A stretch of DNA of 64,000 nucleotides from an uncultured Pseudomonadota bacterium (GTDB lineage: Bacteria; Oederibacteriota; Muellerivitia; Muellerivitales; Muellerivitaceae): NCBI GenBank assembly GCA_963836235.1, contig CAWIIP010000004.1, forward strand, positions 128,001-192,000, in the 5' to 3' direction. The first letter of the stretch is position 1; each line of letters starts with the position of its first letter. The translations under genes were made by a program, and so were the position numbers. Of this stretch, positions 37,945 through 48,345 are shown one piece after another. A model generated the notes under the pieces. The model ran no database searches, was not told where the DNA came from, and saw only the letters and a program-made list of their open reading frames with translations.

Positions 37945-38677
37945 GGGGATTCTGTGGTATGAAAAACATTCGGCTCTTTTGCGAACGGTGGAAAAGGCCC
38001 TAGCCCTAAGAGCTCCAGGAATTAAATTGGAGGCCCTTAATGGAAGCGTGGCCGGGAAGGGACCTTTTCCGGTCGTTTGCCTTGAAGAAGAAGTGGGAGA
38101 ACCTTTTCAAATAGGGATTATTTTTCCCGTAGATTATCCGAATAATTTTCCAAAGATCATAAATCTTGATTCGAGGATACCACTTGGGCCAAATGCTGAA
38201 TGGCATATCGAGTCAGAAAATGTTGCTTGCCTAGGTTTGGTCGAACAAATTTGGCTTGATGTTGGTGACCCAAGAAATATTGAATTATTTCTTTCCAAAA
38301 CGGTTAACGATTACTTTATTCAGCAATCTTATAAGATTATCAAGAAAGTTTACCTTAGCGAGTGGAAGCATGAAACCCCGGGAAGACTAGATTTTTATTA
38401 CGAAACGTTTCCGCAGGCAGGTAATGACCCATTTAAAATCTATGCTGTTCTTGGAATTGTAACAGCCAAAGAAATCAAGGGTCACCATTCTTGTCCATTT
38501 TGTTATGGTAAGAAAATCCGAGATTGCCACATTGACATGCTTAAAATTTTTAAAAGTAAAATCCGAAATGATTATTTACTCGCCGCTTATGCTGAAATTG
38601 GAAAACATCTTAAAAATAAAACGAAGGTTCAACAGATTCCATTAGTAACCAAAAATTTGGGTGGTGTCTCAGTTTGA
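37937..38677 (+). CDS. E2-like protein with C-terminal SEC-C-like Zn motif (CBASS ancillary)
   Basis: FPVDYPNNFP, WHI.....ACLG E2 motif, CPFC.GKKIRDCH. Confidence 0.7.
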   Translation: MPKGILWYEKHSALLRTVEKALALRAPGIKLEALNGSVAGKGPFPVVCLEEEVGEPFQIGIIFPVDYPNNFPKIINLDSRIPLGPNAEWHIESENVACLGLVEQIWLDVGDPRNIELFLSKTVNDYFIQQSYKIIKKVYLSEWKHETPGRLDFYYETFPQAGNDPFKIYAVLGIVTAKEIKGHHSCPFCYGKKIRDCHIDMLKIFKSKIRNDYLLAAYAEIGKHLKNKTKVQQIPLVTKNLGGVSV

Positions 38678-38722
38678 AATCCACCCCTGCCTTTCGAATC
38701 GGCTTTTAACTGGAGTTTGGAT

Positions 38723-39514
38723 ATGAAATATGCGTTAGTTAATGGAGAACGCCGTGAGGCCGCGTCTGCTCTTTCAGGGAAGTGCCCGGACTGCGATGGT
38801 CTGATGGTGTCGAAGTGCGGAGAAGTCAAGATTCGGCACTGGGCTCACCATGGAAAGCGCAACTGTGACCTCTGGTGGGAGAACGAAACCGAGTGGCACC
38901 GCGCGTGGAAGGACAAATTCCCTAGTGATTGGCAGGAGGTTGTCCACCGAGCAGAAAACGGAGAGAAGCACATTGCCGATGTGAAAACGGACCAAGGTTG
39001 GGTACTCGAGTTCCAACATTCCTTTCTCAAACCAGGAGAACGGCGGGCTCGTGATAACTTTTATCCAAAGTTGGTTTGGATCGTCGATGGAACAAGGCGT
39101 AAAAGAGACATACCGCAATTCAACAATGCCTTGAAAGAAGCCGTACAGCTTAAAGAAAATATACCCGTATGGAGGTTGCGAGGTTTCTTAGACGAGTGTG
39201 CCCTGTTCCGAGAATGGTCCAGCACCCCCATACCTATCTTCTTTGATTTCCACGAACCGCAAATCCTTTGGTATCTGTTTCCCAAGACTCCCGATGGAAA
39301 TTTGTATGTCTCCAGGTTCAACCGCAGTTATTTCCTTGAGCTCTTTCTGGGCGGAGCCCAGAAGGCTCCCGAGATAGAGTCTTGGTTTAAAGAAATCGTC
39401 AAAATTGCTTCGGATTTCTCCCAACTTCAAACCCGGTCGCAAAGACAGCCCTCCCCACTCCCAAGCTTCCAGAGATATTTATTCCGTAACAATAGCTCCC
39501 GGAGACGTTTTTAG
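38723..39514 (+). CDS. CoiA-like nuclease
   Basis: CPDC...HWAH..C, ETEWHRAWK, HIADV, LEFQHS. Confidence 0.8.
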   Translation: MKYALVNGERREAASALSGKCPDCDGLMVSKCGEVKIRHWAHHGKRNCDLWWENETEWHRAWKDKFPSDWQEVVHRAENGEKHIADVKTDQGWVLEFQHSFLKPGERRARDNFYPKLVWIVDGTRRKRDIPQFNNALKEAVQLKENIPVWRLRGFLDECALFREWSSTPIPIFFDFHEPQILWYLFPKTPDGNLYVSRFNRSYFLELFLGGAQKAPEIESWFKEIVKIASDFSQLQTRSQRQPSPLPSFQRYLFRNNSSRRRF

Positions 39515-39808
39515 AGGGGATGCCAAATTAACCTATGGACGTGAGACCCGACTATTTCATGAAGAAAAATACGGTGCCAACTAGACTTAAAGGCAAGGAA
39601 CGGCTTCTTGATCCAAAAGCGCGGCCTTGATATGAAAAAACGTATTGTGCCATTTATTTTACTATCCTAACCAAAATCCATAAATTTCCATACGGGCCTG
39701 TCAAGAAGATGGCGAGGAAAAGAAATTCGATGTTTTATTTTTTACTTCTTGAACTCAACCCTTTTTGAGGCCTATGATTTTCATATAGGGTCAGAAAGCT
39801 AGGGGGGA

Positions 39809-40288
39809 GTGAAACCTATGAAACTTTTAACCGAAATCTTTTCTCACCTGTTTATCTACGGCCTAATTACCACCGCAGGAATCTTTGTCCTTTTCATGAT
39901 TATGGGTGCCTTTGGATATGTCGGCCAAATCCTTTCCGCAATTTTCTATCCCCTTTACGCCATCACTTTGAAACCGATTATTTGGGGGACTAAAACCCTC
40001 TTCCGAACCCGTTGCCCCGAGTGCAAGGGGTTCTTCAATAAGAAAAACGTGAATTATGAAATCACCGACGAGCATGAAGTCCACAGAACTTTAAACCGGG
40101 TAGATCAAGGCATCCTCTATTCAAACAATCTATTCGCTCTTAACCAAGGTTTTGAAATAATCCGCCAAGAGCAAACGACCTTTGTGGAACGGACTATTAC
40201 GAAAACTTGGGGGTGCAAAGACCCGACTTGCGGCCATCAGTGGCAAACAGAGGAATTCCAAGAATACGAAGGGGTATTGGAAAAGTGA
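39809..40288 (+). CDS. Membrane-anchored zinc-ribbon protein
   Basis: N-terminal TM helices; CPEC ... CKDPTCGHQW. Confidence 0.6.
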   Translation: MKPMKLLTEIFSHLFIYGLITTAGIFVLFMIMGAFGYVGQILSAIFYPLYAITLKPIIWGTKTLFRTRCPECKGFFNKKNVNYEITDEHEVHRTLNRVDQGILYSNNLFALNQGFEIIRQEQTTFVERTITKTWGCKDPTCGHQWQTEEFQEYEGVLEK

Positions 40289-40516
40289 CTTGTTTGGCCT
40301 TTTGGAACCTGATTTATTCCTTGGATTTACCTTATTTTTCCTTCCTAAAACTTAGCAAATTAGCGTTATTCGTTGTTGAAAACCCTTCAAAACCTCAATC
40401 TAGGCTTTGAAATCAAAGAATATTAACAATAAATCTTATTAAAATAAAGAAATCTTGAAACCGTCAAGAAAAAATAAAAAAATTGTGGTAAACTTCTTTC
40501 ATCAAGGAGGTTTGCC

Positions 40517-43126
40517 ATGAGTATATCCGACGTGTTGTTACCCCGCCCAGAGGTTCTACGCAAAGAAGGCATCGAAGGAATAATCGATGTCCAAAACCTC
40601 TACGACCCCAACAAGAAGGCATTGGAGACGAGGCCTGAAGCTTTCTTTGACCTTACCTATCCCACGGGTGATGTCCGGATCGTTCTTGAAAAACTCCACG
40701 AAAGATTCAATGAGGGCGGTAAGACGCCTGGGTTGTTCCTGTTGGAAGGATTCAAGGGAAGCGGTAAGTCCCACATGGAGTTGCTGGCCTACCATCTTTT
40801 CCAAAGCAAAGAAGCCTCCCGCGTTTGGTTGGAACAGCATGGGTTGACCTGTAATCTCCCGGATAATGCCGTTGTCGTCATCCACAAGTTCACTGATTTC
40901 CCAATCGATTCCATTTGGGCTTTGGTATTCGAAAAGCTGGGGGCGAAAGCCGCCAAGTTGCCAAGCCTTAACGATTTCAAAAAAGCCCTAGGTGATAAGA
41001 AGCTCATTCTCATTTTGGACGAACTAGAAATGGGGATCCAAAACATTCAGGACTCCGCCCTTCGTTCGCAGAACATTACCTTCCTTCAGATGTTAAGTGA
41101 GGAAGCGGCTCGTTCGGAGTCGGCCTCTGTAACGATATTCGCTTCCGTGTATGATTCGAATCAAGAGCCTGGTTCCACGCTCAAGCGGGTACAGCGGATT
41201 GAAGTGAAGTTTTCTGAACCCTCCGACCGTCAGAAAGTCCTTTTCCACCGCCTCTTCAAGAAGGGGCCAGAGACGGAGACCTCTAAGATCATGGAGATTG
41301 TTAAGAGTTATGTGAACTATTGGAAGCGTTTGGGGTTGAATGTCAACGAACGTTATTTCGATGAACTGAAAAAGGCTTATCCCTTCACCCCGGAATTGTT
41401 AAAGATGTTGCTCTCGAATGTACCCAGACGGAGTTTCCAAGGGAATCGGGGACCATTGGGCCTGTTGGGATATTTAGTCCAACTCCAATACAAGAAAGCC
41501 GACCTTTTAACGGCGGCCCACTTGGACATACGGGATGCGGCCATCCGAAACCGGTTGATGGATTTAGACCCGAGCCAAAATCTCCTTCAGTGCGCCCAGA
41601 ATGATTTAAAAGATTTGAATGCGCAGAAGTTCGCTTCGGAAATTGTGTCAGCTGTTTTAACTGCCACCTTAACCAGCACGGGGAACCTTCGGGGTATTTC
41701 CGGGGAAGAATTGGCAAAGCAAGTCCTAAAGCCGGGGGATGATGTCAACGAATACAACGCGACATTACAAGCCTTCGTGAAGTATGGCACATTCTTCCAA
41801 AACGCGGAGGAGCATTACTTTTTTGATGTCCAGGAAAAGCCGAATGCTAAAGTTGAATATCATTCTCTGAGAGTTGACCCGAACGAAGCGAGGGACATTG
41901 CTTTCTATCGCTGGAAAACAAATGTCTTTGGTGATGCCCAAGCGGTTGTTCTAAAGGATGTCCAGCAAGCCAGAGCAGAGATCGCCCAACGGGATAAGAA
42001 TGCACCCCGGTTTGTTTTGGCTCCTAAACGACTCTCCAAAGATGAGCGGGTTCAGTTGTATCACGGGATGGAGAACCGCAATCTGATTCTTTTGGTGGAA
42101 CCAAAATCCGACAACTTCAATGCCCTTGAGAATAAAGATATTCAAAAATGGGCACAAAGAGCTAAGGCGGCTGGGGATTTAAAAGAAAACGCTGCCGATG
42201 CTGAAAGAAAAAGGGAATATGACAGAATTGAACGCGAAGATATGGGATACATTGAAAATGAATTTAAGAAAGCGGGTTGGGTTTACGTATCAATGCGGTT
42301 GGCTCCTGGCGCTGAAGAACTAGAGTTTGAGTTGGAGCCTTCTCCGGGTGGGCATGTAGATCAAATCAAAAAACTCATTAAGGAAACGGTGTATCCGCGC
42401 CAGATATTTGAAGAGCATCTGGCGAAGTTGTTGAAGGATGAACGTTTGCGCGGGATTGCATTTGGAAAGACTGTTCGTGATCTCAGGGCGGAGTATCGCA
42501 AGAACTTGGGTTTTCCTGTTCTCATGGCTGAAACCACTCTTATTGATTCCCTTCGTAATTTGACGACTCAAGGAAAGATCGGTTTGCGAAACGCCAGAGT
42601 TGGGCACTGTAGGAGGGCACCAACTTACAACGCGATGGAATGGGATGAGGTTCATATAACTGAACCATTTGAAGACGAGTCGAGTTCCCCACGGCCTGGA
42701 CTGCCTGTGTCGGAGCCCCTGCCGCCAATTATCGCCCCGGGTGTTGTTGGAGAACCTCTATCTCCGTCATCGAGACGGCAGTTAATCACCCTTCAAACAA
42801 CTAATTGTTCTTCAACGGGGGAACTGCGCCAGGTTATCGCCCAAAAACTCTCGGAGTCACCTGAGGCCAAAATCCGCCGGTGTCGTTTTGTGGTTTTTGT
42901 CCAGGCGCCCATGTTGGATTTGGGAACACTCCCTTCCGCTTTGCGAGGTAATTTAAACGGGGTAGCCGAGTTCAATTTGGAATTGGATATTGTTAAGGAA
43001 GGTGACTTTACCAAAGCCCAAATAGAATCAATGGCTGAACAGCTTCCGGGTTTACCTGGGGCCATCTATCGGGCGGATATGGCGGGTGATGTTGAATCGG
43101 TGGAGGTTTCCAATGCCAGGGTTTGA
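40517..43126 (+). CDS. DUF499-family AAA+ ATPase (BrxC-related)
   Basis: FFDLTYPT, GFKGSGKSH, LILDE, YPFTPEL. Confidence 0.8.
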   Translation: MSISDVLLPRPEVLRKEGIEGIIDVQNLYDPNKKALETRPEAFFDLTYPTGDVRIVLEKLHERFNEGGKTPGLFLLEGFKGSGKSHMELLAYHLFQSKEASRVWLEQHGLTCNLPDNAVVVIHKFTDFPIDSIWALVFEKLGAKAAKLPSLNDFKKALGDKKLILILDELEMGIQNIQDSALRSQNITFLQMLSEEAARSESASVTIFASVYDSNQEPGSTLKRVQRIEVKFSEPSDRQKVLFHRLFKKGPETETSKIMEIVKSYVNYWKRLGLNVNERYFDELKKAYPFTPELLKMLLSNVPRRSFQGNRGPLGLLGYLVQLQYKKADLLTAAHLDIRDAAIRNRLMDLDPSQNLLQCAQNDLKDLNAQKFASEIVSAVLTATLTSTGNLRGISGEELAKQVLKPGDDVNEYNATLQAFVKYGTFFQNAEEHYFFDVQEKPNAKVEYHSLRVDPNEARDIAFYRWKTNVFGDAQAVVLKDVQQARAEIAQRDKNAPRFVLAPKRLSKDERVQLYHGMENRNLILLVEPKSDNFNALENKDIQKWAQRAKAAGDLKENAADAERKREYDRIEREDMGYIENEFKKAGWVYVSMRLAPGAEELEFELEPSPGGHVDQIKKLIKETVYPRQIFEEHLAKLLKDERLRGIAFGKTVRDLRAEYRKNLGFPVLMAETTLIDSLRNLTTQGKIGLRNARVGHCRRAPTYNAMEWDEVHITEPFEDESSSPRPGLPVSEPLPPIIAPGVVGEPLSPSSRRQLITLQTTNCSSTGELRQVIAQKLSESPEAKIRRCRFVVFVQAPMLDLGTLPSALRGNLNGVAEFNLELDIVKEGDFTKAQIESMAEQLPGLPGAIYRADMAGDVESVEVSNARV

Positions 43127-44081
43127 GAAGGTAATGGGCGTTTTAACGCGGCCTGGACGGCGGCTGGGGCCATTAGTGAATTGGCTTCAGGCGGATGTTT
43201 GGTCGGCGGAGCGTTTTCAAAACCTTCAGACCGAGAAGTATCTTTCCGATGGGGAAAAGATGGTCAAGCAGGCTGAGGAGGTTGCCTTGAGTGCCGCCTA
43301 TGGAATTTATGATGAGTTCACCGCAGAGTCCCAGAGTCGGAAATCCCTGTTGGACGAATACTCCAAAGACGTTCCGACGACGGTCGTGGTTCTGGATGGG
43401 GTATCCATCCGGGAGATTCCGCTTCTGTTGAAGCATGCCCAGGAGACGGGTTTCAAAGTGCTTGAATCATCTTACAGCTTGGCGGCGGTTCCCAGCGAAA
43501 CCCAGAGCTTTGTTGAGCAACGTGTTATTGGAAAGCGGTTGGCCCCGTCACAACTTCCTGGTCGCCGTGAATTGACGGCGTTGAATGTTTCAGCTTATTA
43601 CTACGATACCCCGATAAGGAGTTTTGAATTACCTGATGACGGAAGATCATTTCTTTTATGGTCGGCTTTCCCCGATGGAACCTACACCGATTTCGAGGCC
43701 CGAAACGCGGCCCACTTTGAGGCGATTGTCCGACAGTTCGACGTGGTTTGGAAGAACGTGATTCTGGCGATCCCGGCGGGACACCGGATCATCATCACCA
43801 GCGACCACGGATATGTTTATTTTGGGGTTGGGTTGGAATCGGATAGGAACGGGGAAGAGGCTCTCCGGTGGTTGGATCAGGATAGAGCCAAGTTCTGGGA
43901 GGAAGGCGCCGCTGGTTCGCCCGATTGCCCGGAGTTGCAGGTTGTTCCTGGAAAGCGGTTGGCGATGTTGCGTGGCCGTATTAAGAATCGCCCGCAGGGC
44001 AAAAGTGCGAATAAGGTATTCCGCCATGGCGGCATGTCCTTTATGGAGATGCTGACACCGTGGCTGGTGATTCAAAAGTAA
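43113..44081 (+). CDS. PglZ-like alkaline-phosphatase-fold protein
   Basis: VVLDG, PSET, ITSDHG, HGGMS..EM..P; RBS GGAGG before ATG 43113. Confidence 0.78.
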   Translation: MPGFEKVMGVLTRPGRRLGPLVNWLQADVWSAERFQNLQTEKYLSDGEKMVKQAEEVALSAAYGIYDEFTAESQSRKSLLDEYSKDVPTTVVVLDGVSIREIPLLLKHAQETGFKVLESSYSLAAVPSETQSFVEQRVIGKRLAPSQLPGRRELTALNVSAYYYDTPIRSFELPDDGRSFLLWSAFPDGTYTDFEARNAAHFEAIVRQFDVVWKNVILAIPAGHRIIITSDHGYVYFGVGLESDRNGEEALRWLDQDRAKFWEEGAAGSPDCPELQVVPGKRLAMLRGRIKNRPQGKSANKVFRHGGMSFMEMLTPWLVIQK

Positions 44082-44092
44082 GGAGGCTGGTA

Positions 44093-44365
44093 ATGAGAAA
44101 CAAATCACAGTTTAGTGACCATCCCAAGGAGAAAGTGGGAACCATCCTGGACAAGGAAGTGGTTCAGCTCCTTCGTGATAAGGCGGCCCAGGAGGGCCGT
44201 GCTATCAGCGAGATCATTCAGGATGCGGTGTTGCGGTACGAGGGTTCCGATTCTTCCTCCTCGGAGATGAGGTTGGCGGCCGTCGGAAGGTTCTGTTCAA
44301 AGCCCTTCAACCTTTCGGCCAAAGACATTGATGAAATTCTAAAAGAGGATTATTACGACCAATGA
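44093..44365 (+). CDS. Ribbon-helix-helix antitoxin (VapB-like)
   Basis: KVGTILDKEVVQLLRDKAAQEGRAISEIIQDAV; RBS AAGGAGG. Confidence 0.7.
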   Translation: MRNKSQFSDHPKEKVGTILDKEVVQLLRDKAAQEGRAISEIIQDAVLRYEGSDSSSSEMRLAAVGRFCSKPFNLSAKDIDEILKEDYYDQ

Positions 44366-44865
44366 ACCTTAAACAAATTCCCTTTGATCAATCGGTTCTC
44401 TTGGATGCGAATGTTCTTCTTTATGCCAACCAGCGCGCCTCGTTGCAGTGTGTGGGTTTGATGGAACGTTGTGCCCGAAGGGAAGTAACGGGCATTATTC
44501 CCGCGCATATCCTCGCGGAAGTCATGCACGGGCTTATGGTGGCCGAGGCTAAGGATGCCGGTTGGGTTCAAGGTTCGCAACCTGCGCGACAGTTGGCCGC
44601 TAAGCCAGAAATGGTGAAAAGACTTAACCGGTACGAGGGCTATATGCGTGATCTGCTTTCCATTGGAATAAAGCTGGAACCGATCCAGCGGGAAGATTTC
44701 CTGACCGCAATGGGATTGCAACGGAAGTACGGTTTGATGACCAATGACGCCTTACTATTGGCCGTGGGGGAACGCCTTCGAGTAACGGCCCTGGTATCCA
44801 ATGATTCCGGCTTTAAAGAAGCGCGTGGTTTTATTCAATACAGTCCCGACGATTTGGAGGCCTGA
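44362..44865 (+). CDS. PIN-domain toxin (VapC-like)
   Basis: LLDANVLLY, E, YGLMTNDA, SNDSGF. Confidence 0.85.
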   Translation: MNLKQIPFDQSVLLDANVLLYANQRASLQCVGLMERCARREVTGIIPAHILAEVMHGLMVAEAKDAGWVQGSQPARQLAAKPEMVKRLNRYEGYMRDLLSIGIKLEPIQREDFLTAMGLQRKYGLMTNDALLLAVGERLRVTALVSNDSGFKEARGFIQYSPDDLEA

Positions 44866-44866
44866 A

Positions 44867-47800
44867 TTGACGAGACGAGCAATAGAAGATTATTTCCCCA
44901 TTGTGGACATCAACCATTTATCGGTTCCCGAAACGGTATCCTTTAAACCGATTTATACAATGCACAAATGGTTTGCCAGGAGAACCTCTTCGGTTTTCCG
45001 AGCAATCTTGCTTGGGGCGATGAAACCAGCTGGAACTAACATCATGGATGAGTTCTATAAGAATCACTCAAATGATCCTGATACCAAGGGAAAAGTTGTT
45101 CTAGATCCATTTATGGGTGGTGGAACCACCATTGTGGAATCGCTCAGATTGGGGTGTAGGGTAGTCGGGGTAGATTTGAACCCTGTGGCATGGTTCATCG
45201 TCAGGACCGAGGCTGAAGCAGCCGATCTCAAGGAACTCCAGGCGTCTTTTGTCCGACTAACCGAACATAAGGTGGGATGGTCAGGCAAGTCTCTCAAAGA
45301 AACTTTACTCGATCTTTATAAGACCCAATGCCCCGCTTGTGGAAACGCGGATGCTGATATCATTTACACTTTCTGGGTAAAATCGGCGCCTTGTACGACG
45401 GCAATCTGTGACCATTTGACACCTCTCTTTTCTGAGTTCCTTGTCACCCAAAAGAAACCCTCCATCCGTTATTTCGCAGATTGTTCCTGCCCCCAATGCA
45501 AAAAGAAGTTTGATTGGGACAGGGAGCCCGCTACGTTTGTTGGTGAGGAGAGATTGATGGTGAATTCGGGGAAGTTCTCAGCGGGGGAAGGCAGGACGAA
45601 TACGCGTTGGGCTTATTCAGAAGGTAATACTGTGAATTGCCCTTGGTGCATAGAAACAGTTCAACCTGTTTTACAGAAAACGAAGAAGGAACGGAAGAAA
45701 GTAACGCTTTCGGTATTTTATTGCCCATCCTGCGAGGAAGTGTGGCAGTTCCGCGGTGAATTGGAAGGCAAAGTTAAGTGTCCCTCCTGTAACCACGATT
45801 ACGATCCGATGGAAGGAAACTTTCCAGAGGACGGGAAGTTCATTTGTCGTGGTAAGTGCAATGGCAACTTAGATTCAGTAATCAATGCGATCCGTAAACT
45901 CAAAGAGACTGAAAGGTTTACGGCTCGGCCCTATGCCATGGAGGGTTGGTGTCCCAAATGTGGGGGTCAAAGCTCGGGAAGAAAAGTTCAAGACGACCTT
46001 TTCGGTGCAGAGGACAAAGATGAGGATGAGTACGATGCCCCGGTGGATAGCACATCCATACTCCGCAAGAACAAGGGTAAGTTTATAAAACGTATAACGG
46101 CAGCGGATTATTCCAATTACAAGGAAGCCTCGAGGGTGTGGGGGAAAGAAAAGGCAAAACTGCCACATCCTCAATCGGAAATCCCTGTTGGTGAAAAGAC
46201 AAAGTCCGGCTTGCATGCGCATCATTACTTTTATTGGAATCAAATGTTCAATGATCGTCAATTGTTGGCGTTGAGCACGTTATTGGATGCCATCAAAAAG
46301 GAGTCCAAGCAAAAATACCGAGACTTTTTACTCCTTGCTTTTTCCCACACTCTTGATGCGAATAATGAGTTTACTCGCAATAGAGCGAAGCGAAATACCC
46401 CGGGTGGCACCGCGCCTGGCGGGATATTTTCAAGGCATGACTTCCAATCCAAGTCGACTTTCTGTGAGCAAAATGTGTTCGGGACTATTTCTGGCTATAA
46501 GACTTTCTTGAATTGCTGGGATCTAGTAACGGATGGAAAAAAACACAATCTGGAACCCTATGACCGCATGATTAAAGATGGGAAGCAAATTGAATTAAGG
46601 AGTGGCGAAGGAATTGAGGCAACGAAACAAGATATGTTGCTTTCGCAATCTTCCAAAGAATTACCGGTGTCTGTTCAAGCGGACTTTGTCATTACCGATC
46701 CGCCCTATGCTGACAACGTCAATTATTCTGAGTTATCAGATTTCTTTTACGTTTGGCTGAGGTTGATACTGAAGGACGATCACAAACATTTTCAACCAGA
46801 ATATACCCCCAAGGCCGAGGAGATAATTGAAAATCCAACGCGTGGTAAGACCACAGAGGATTTCCAAAAGGGACTTCAGGGAGTTTTTGAAGAATGTAAG
46901 CGGCACTCAAAGGAAGACGCTTTGCTGGTGTTTACCTTTCATCATTCAGAGGGGGCCGCTTGGGAAGCTTTATTAAACGCTGTTTGTGAGGCGGGTTTTT
47001 GTGTCGAAGCAGTTTATCCGGTTCAAAGTGAAGCCGAATCCTCAATGCACTTACAGGGTAACGAGGCAATATCCTACGATTTAATTCATGTTTGTCGTAA
47101 GAGGCCTGTTGAAAGCGAAGTTGAAAGGCGGTCTTGGGCTGGTATCCGGCAGGAAATACGCCGAAAGGCCCGTGAGGAAGCGACGGTCATCCAAGGTGGA
47201 CGATACGGGAATGAACCTTTAAGTCCTGCCGACGCCAATATTCTACTCATTGGCAAATGCCTGGAACTTTACAGTCGCCATTACGGGGCTGTTGTGGATC
47301 ACGAGGATAAGCCCGTTCCGCTTCGAAAAGCATTGGAAGAAATAAAGATGATGGTGGATCAGATAGTGACAAAGGAAGATCCTCTTCCAACTGAGTTGGC
47401 CGATATCGACATCCCGTCCTACATTTACTTCACTTCACTTTGTAATCGCAGGGAAATCAGCGGTGACGACCTGAGTAAGAGTACTCGCGGTATCGTGGAA
47501 ACTTCGGTATTGCGGGATTGTGGGTTGCTGGTGAAAGGCCGCCAGAAGGGTGGTCGGACATTTGAGGTGAAGCGTCCTGGGGAACGGTTAAATGATTTGA
47601 AGTCGGCCTTTAAGAATGGGATGGATGACAAGCAGGGCGATATGTTTGGTGAAGTCGTTCAGGCGGTACTCCCGAAGGGAACCATCTTCGCTGATTGTAT
47701 CCAGCTATTGTTGGGGCTTTCAGAGAGCGGAGAGAACCTTCTTCCGTGGTTGGAGAAGTTCCGTGGTATGCGGCCCCAAGTCCGCGCCGCTATGGAGTAT

Positions 47801-47884
47801 ATGGCGAAACGTAATAAGAACTTTGCACCGTCAGCCCAAAAGGTGCTGGCGCTCATCGATGAAAAGACGTTGTTCGGATCGTGA
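44867..47884 (+). CDS. DUF1156-family adenine DNA methyltransferase with multiple zinc ribbons
   Basis: HKWFARR, DPFMGGGT, TDPPY, many CxxC; TTG start after GGAGG. Confidence 0.85.
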   Translation: MTRRAIEDYFPIVDINHLSVPETVSFKPIYTMHKWFARRTSSVFRAILLGAMKPAGTNIMDEFYKNHSNDPDTKGKVVLDPFMGGGTTIVESLRLGCRVVGVDLNPVAWFIVRTEAEAADLKELQASFVRLTEHKVGWSGKSLKETLLDLYKTQCPACGNADADIIYTFWVKSAPCTTAICDHLTPLFSEFLVTQKKPSIRYFADCSCPQCKKKFDWDREPATFVGEERLMVNSGKFSAGEGRTNTRWAYSEGNTVNCPWCIETVQPVLQKTKKERKKVTLSVFYCPSCEEVWQFRGELEGKVKCPSCNHDYDPMEGNFPEDGKFICRGKCNGNLDSVINAIRKLKETERFTARPYAMEGWCPKCGGQSSGRKVQDDLFGAEDKDEDEYDAPVDSTSILRKNKGKFIKRITAADYSNYKEASRVWGKEKAKLPHPQSEIPVGEKTKSGLHAHHYFYWNQMFNDRQLLALSTLLDAIKKESKQKYRDFLLLAFSHTLDANNEFTRNRAKRNTPGGTAPGGIFSRHDFQSKSTFCEQNVFGTISGYKTFLNCWDLVTDGKKHNLEPYDRMIKDGKQIELRSGEGIEATKQDMLLSQSSKELPVSVQADFVITDPPYADNVNYSELSDFFYVWLRLILKDDHKHFQPEYTPKAEEIIENPTRGKTTEDFQKGLQGVFEECKRHSKEDALLVFTFHHSEGAAWEALLNAVCEAGFCVEAVYPVQSEAESSMHLQGNEAISYDLIHVCRKRPVESEVERRSWAGIRQEIRRKAREEATVIQGGRYGNEPLSPADANILLIGKCLELYSRHYGAVVDHEDKPVPLRKALEEIKMMVDQIVTKEDPLPTELADIDIPSYIYFTSLCNRREISGDDLSKSTRGIVETSVLRDCGLLVKGRQKGGRTFEVKRPGERLNDLKSAFKNGMDDKQGDMFGEVVQAVLPKGTIFADCIQLLLGLSESGENLLPWLEKFRGMRPQVRAAMEYMAKRNKNFAPSAQKVLALIDEKTLFGS

Positions 47885-47893
47885 GGTAACGAA

Positions 47894-48334
47894 ATGCCTG
47901 GTTACATATTGGTCGAACAAAAATCACTGACGCCACCCATGCCGCCTGGAAGGGGGCTGACCGCGAATCAAACTCGTATTGGGTTCGCTGACTTCCTCCG
48001 TGAATTGGAATCGGATACATTTCCCTACGATGAGAACAGCAGTTTGCTGGTGGTGGGTTTGGAAGACATTCTCATAGGTTCCCGCCCCGACATGGAGGGT
48101 ATGGCCAAAATGATCCATGCGAAGCTTCAAAAGGCGGCTGGACCATTCAATGACCGTAACTGTGGGTTTGTTCAAATAGCATTCCGCAGACCGCTAAAGC
48201 GTGGCGACCGGTTGGTGGTGGATCACGAAGTTGGGGAACTCCCAATCTATTTGATCTTTGGATCTCCACCTGATGAAGACATTAATGGGATTAAGATTTT
48301 CAGAAGGGATTTCAATTTGAGCAGTCTGACTTGA
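47894..48334 (+). CDS. Hypothetical protein of the BREX-related operon
   Basis: RBS GAGGT; LLVVGLED Walker-B-like strand suggests a degenerate ATPase fold. Confidence 0.6.
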   Translation: MPGYILVEQKSLTPPMPPGRGLTANQTRIGFADFLRELESDTFPYDENSSLLVVGLEDILIGSRPDMEGMAKMIHAKLQKAAGPFNDRNCGFVQIAFRRPLKRGDRLVVDHEVGELPIYLIFGSPPDEDINGIKIFRRDFNLSSLT

Positions 48335-48345
48335 AGGAGGGTGAA

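Noticed and set aside
44801-44866. Longer N-termini given by the ORF track (also 4072, 12275, 37901, 43086, 60144)
   Set aside because: Downstream starts have better RBSs or avoid long overlaps.
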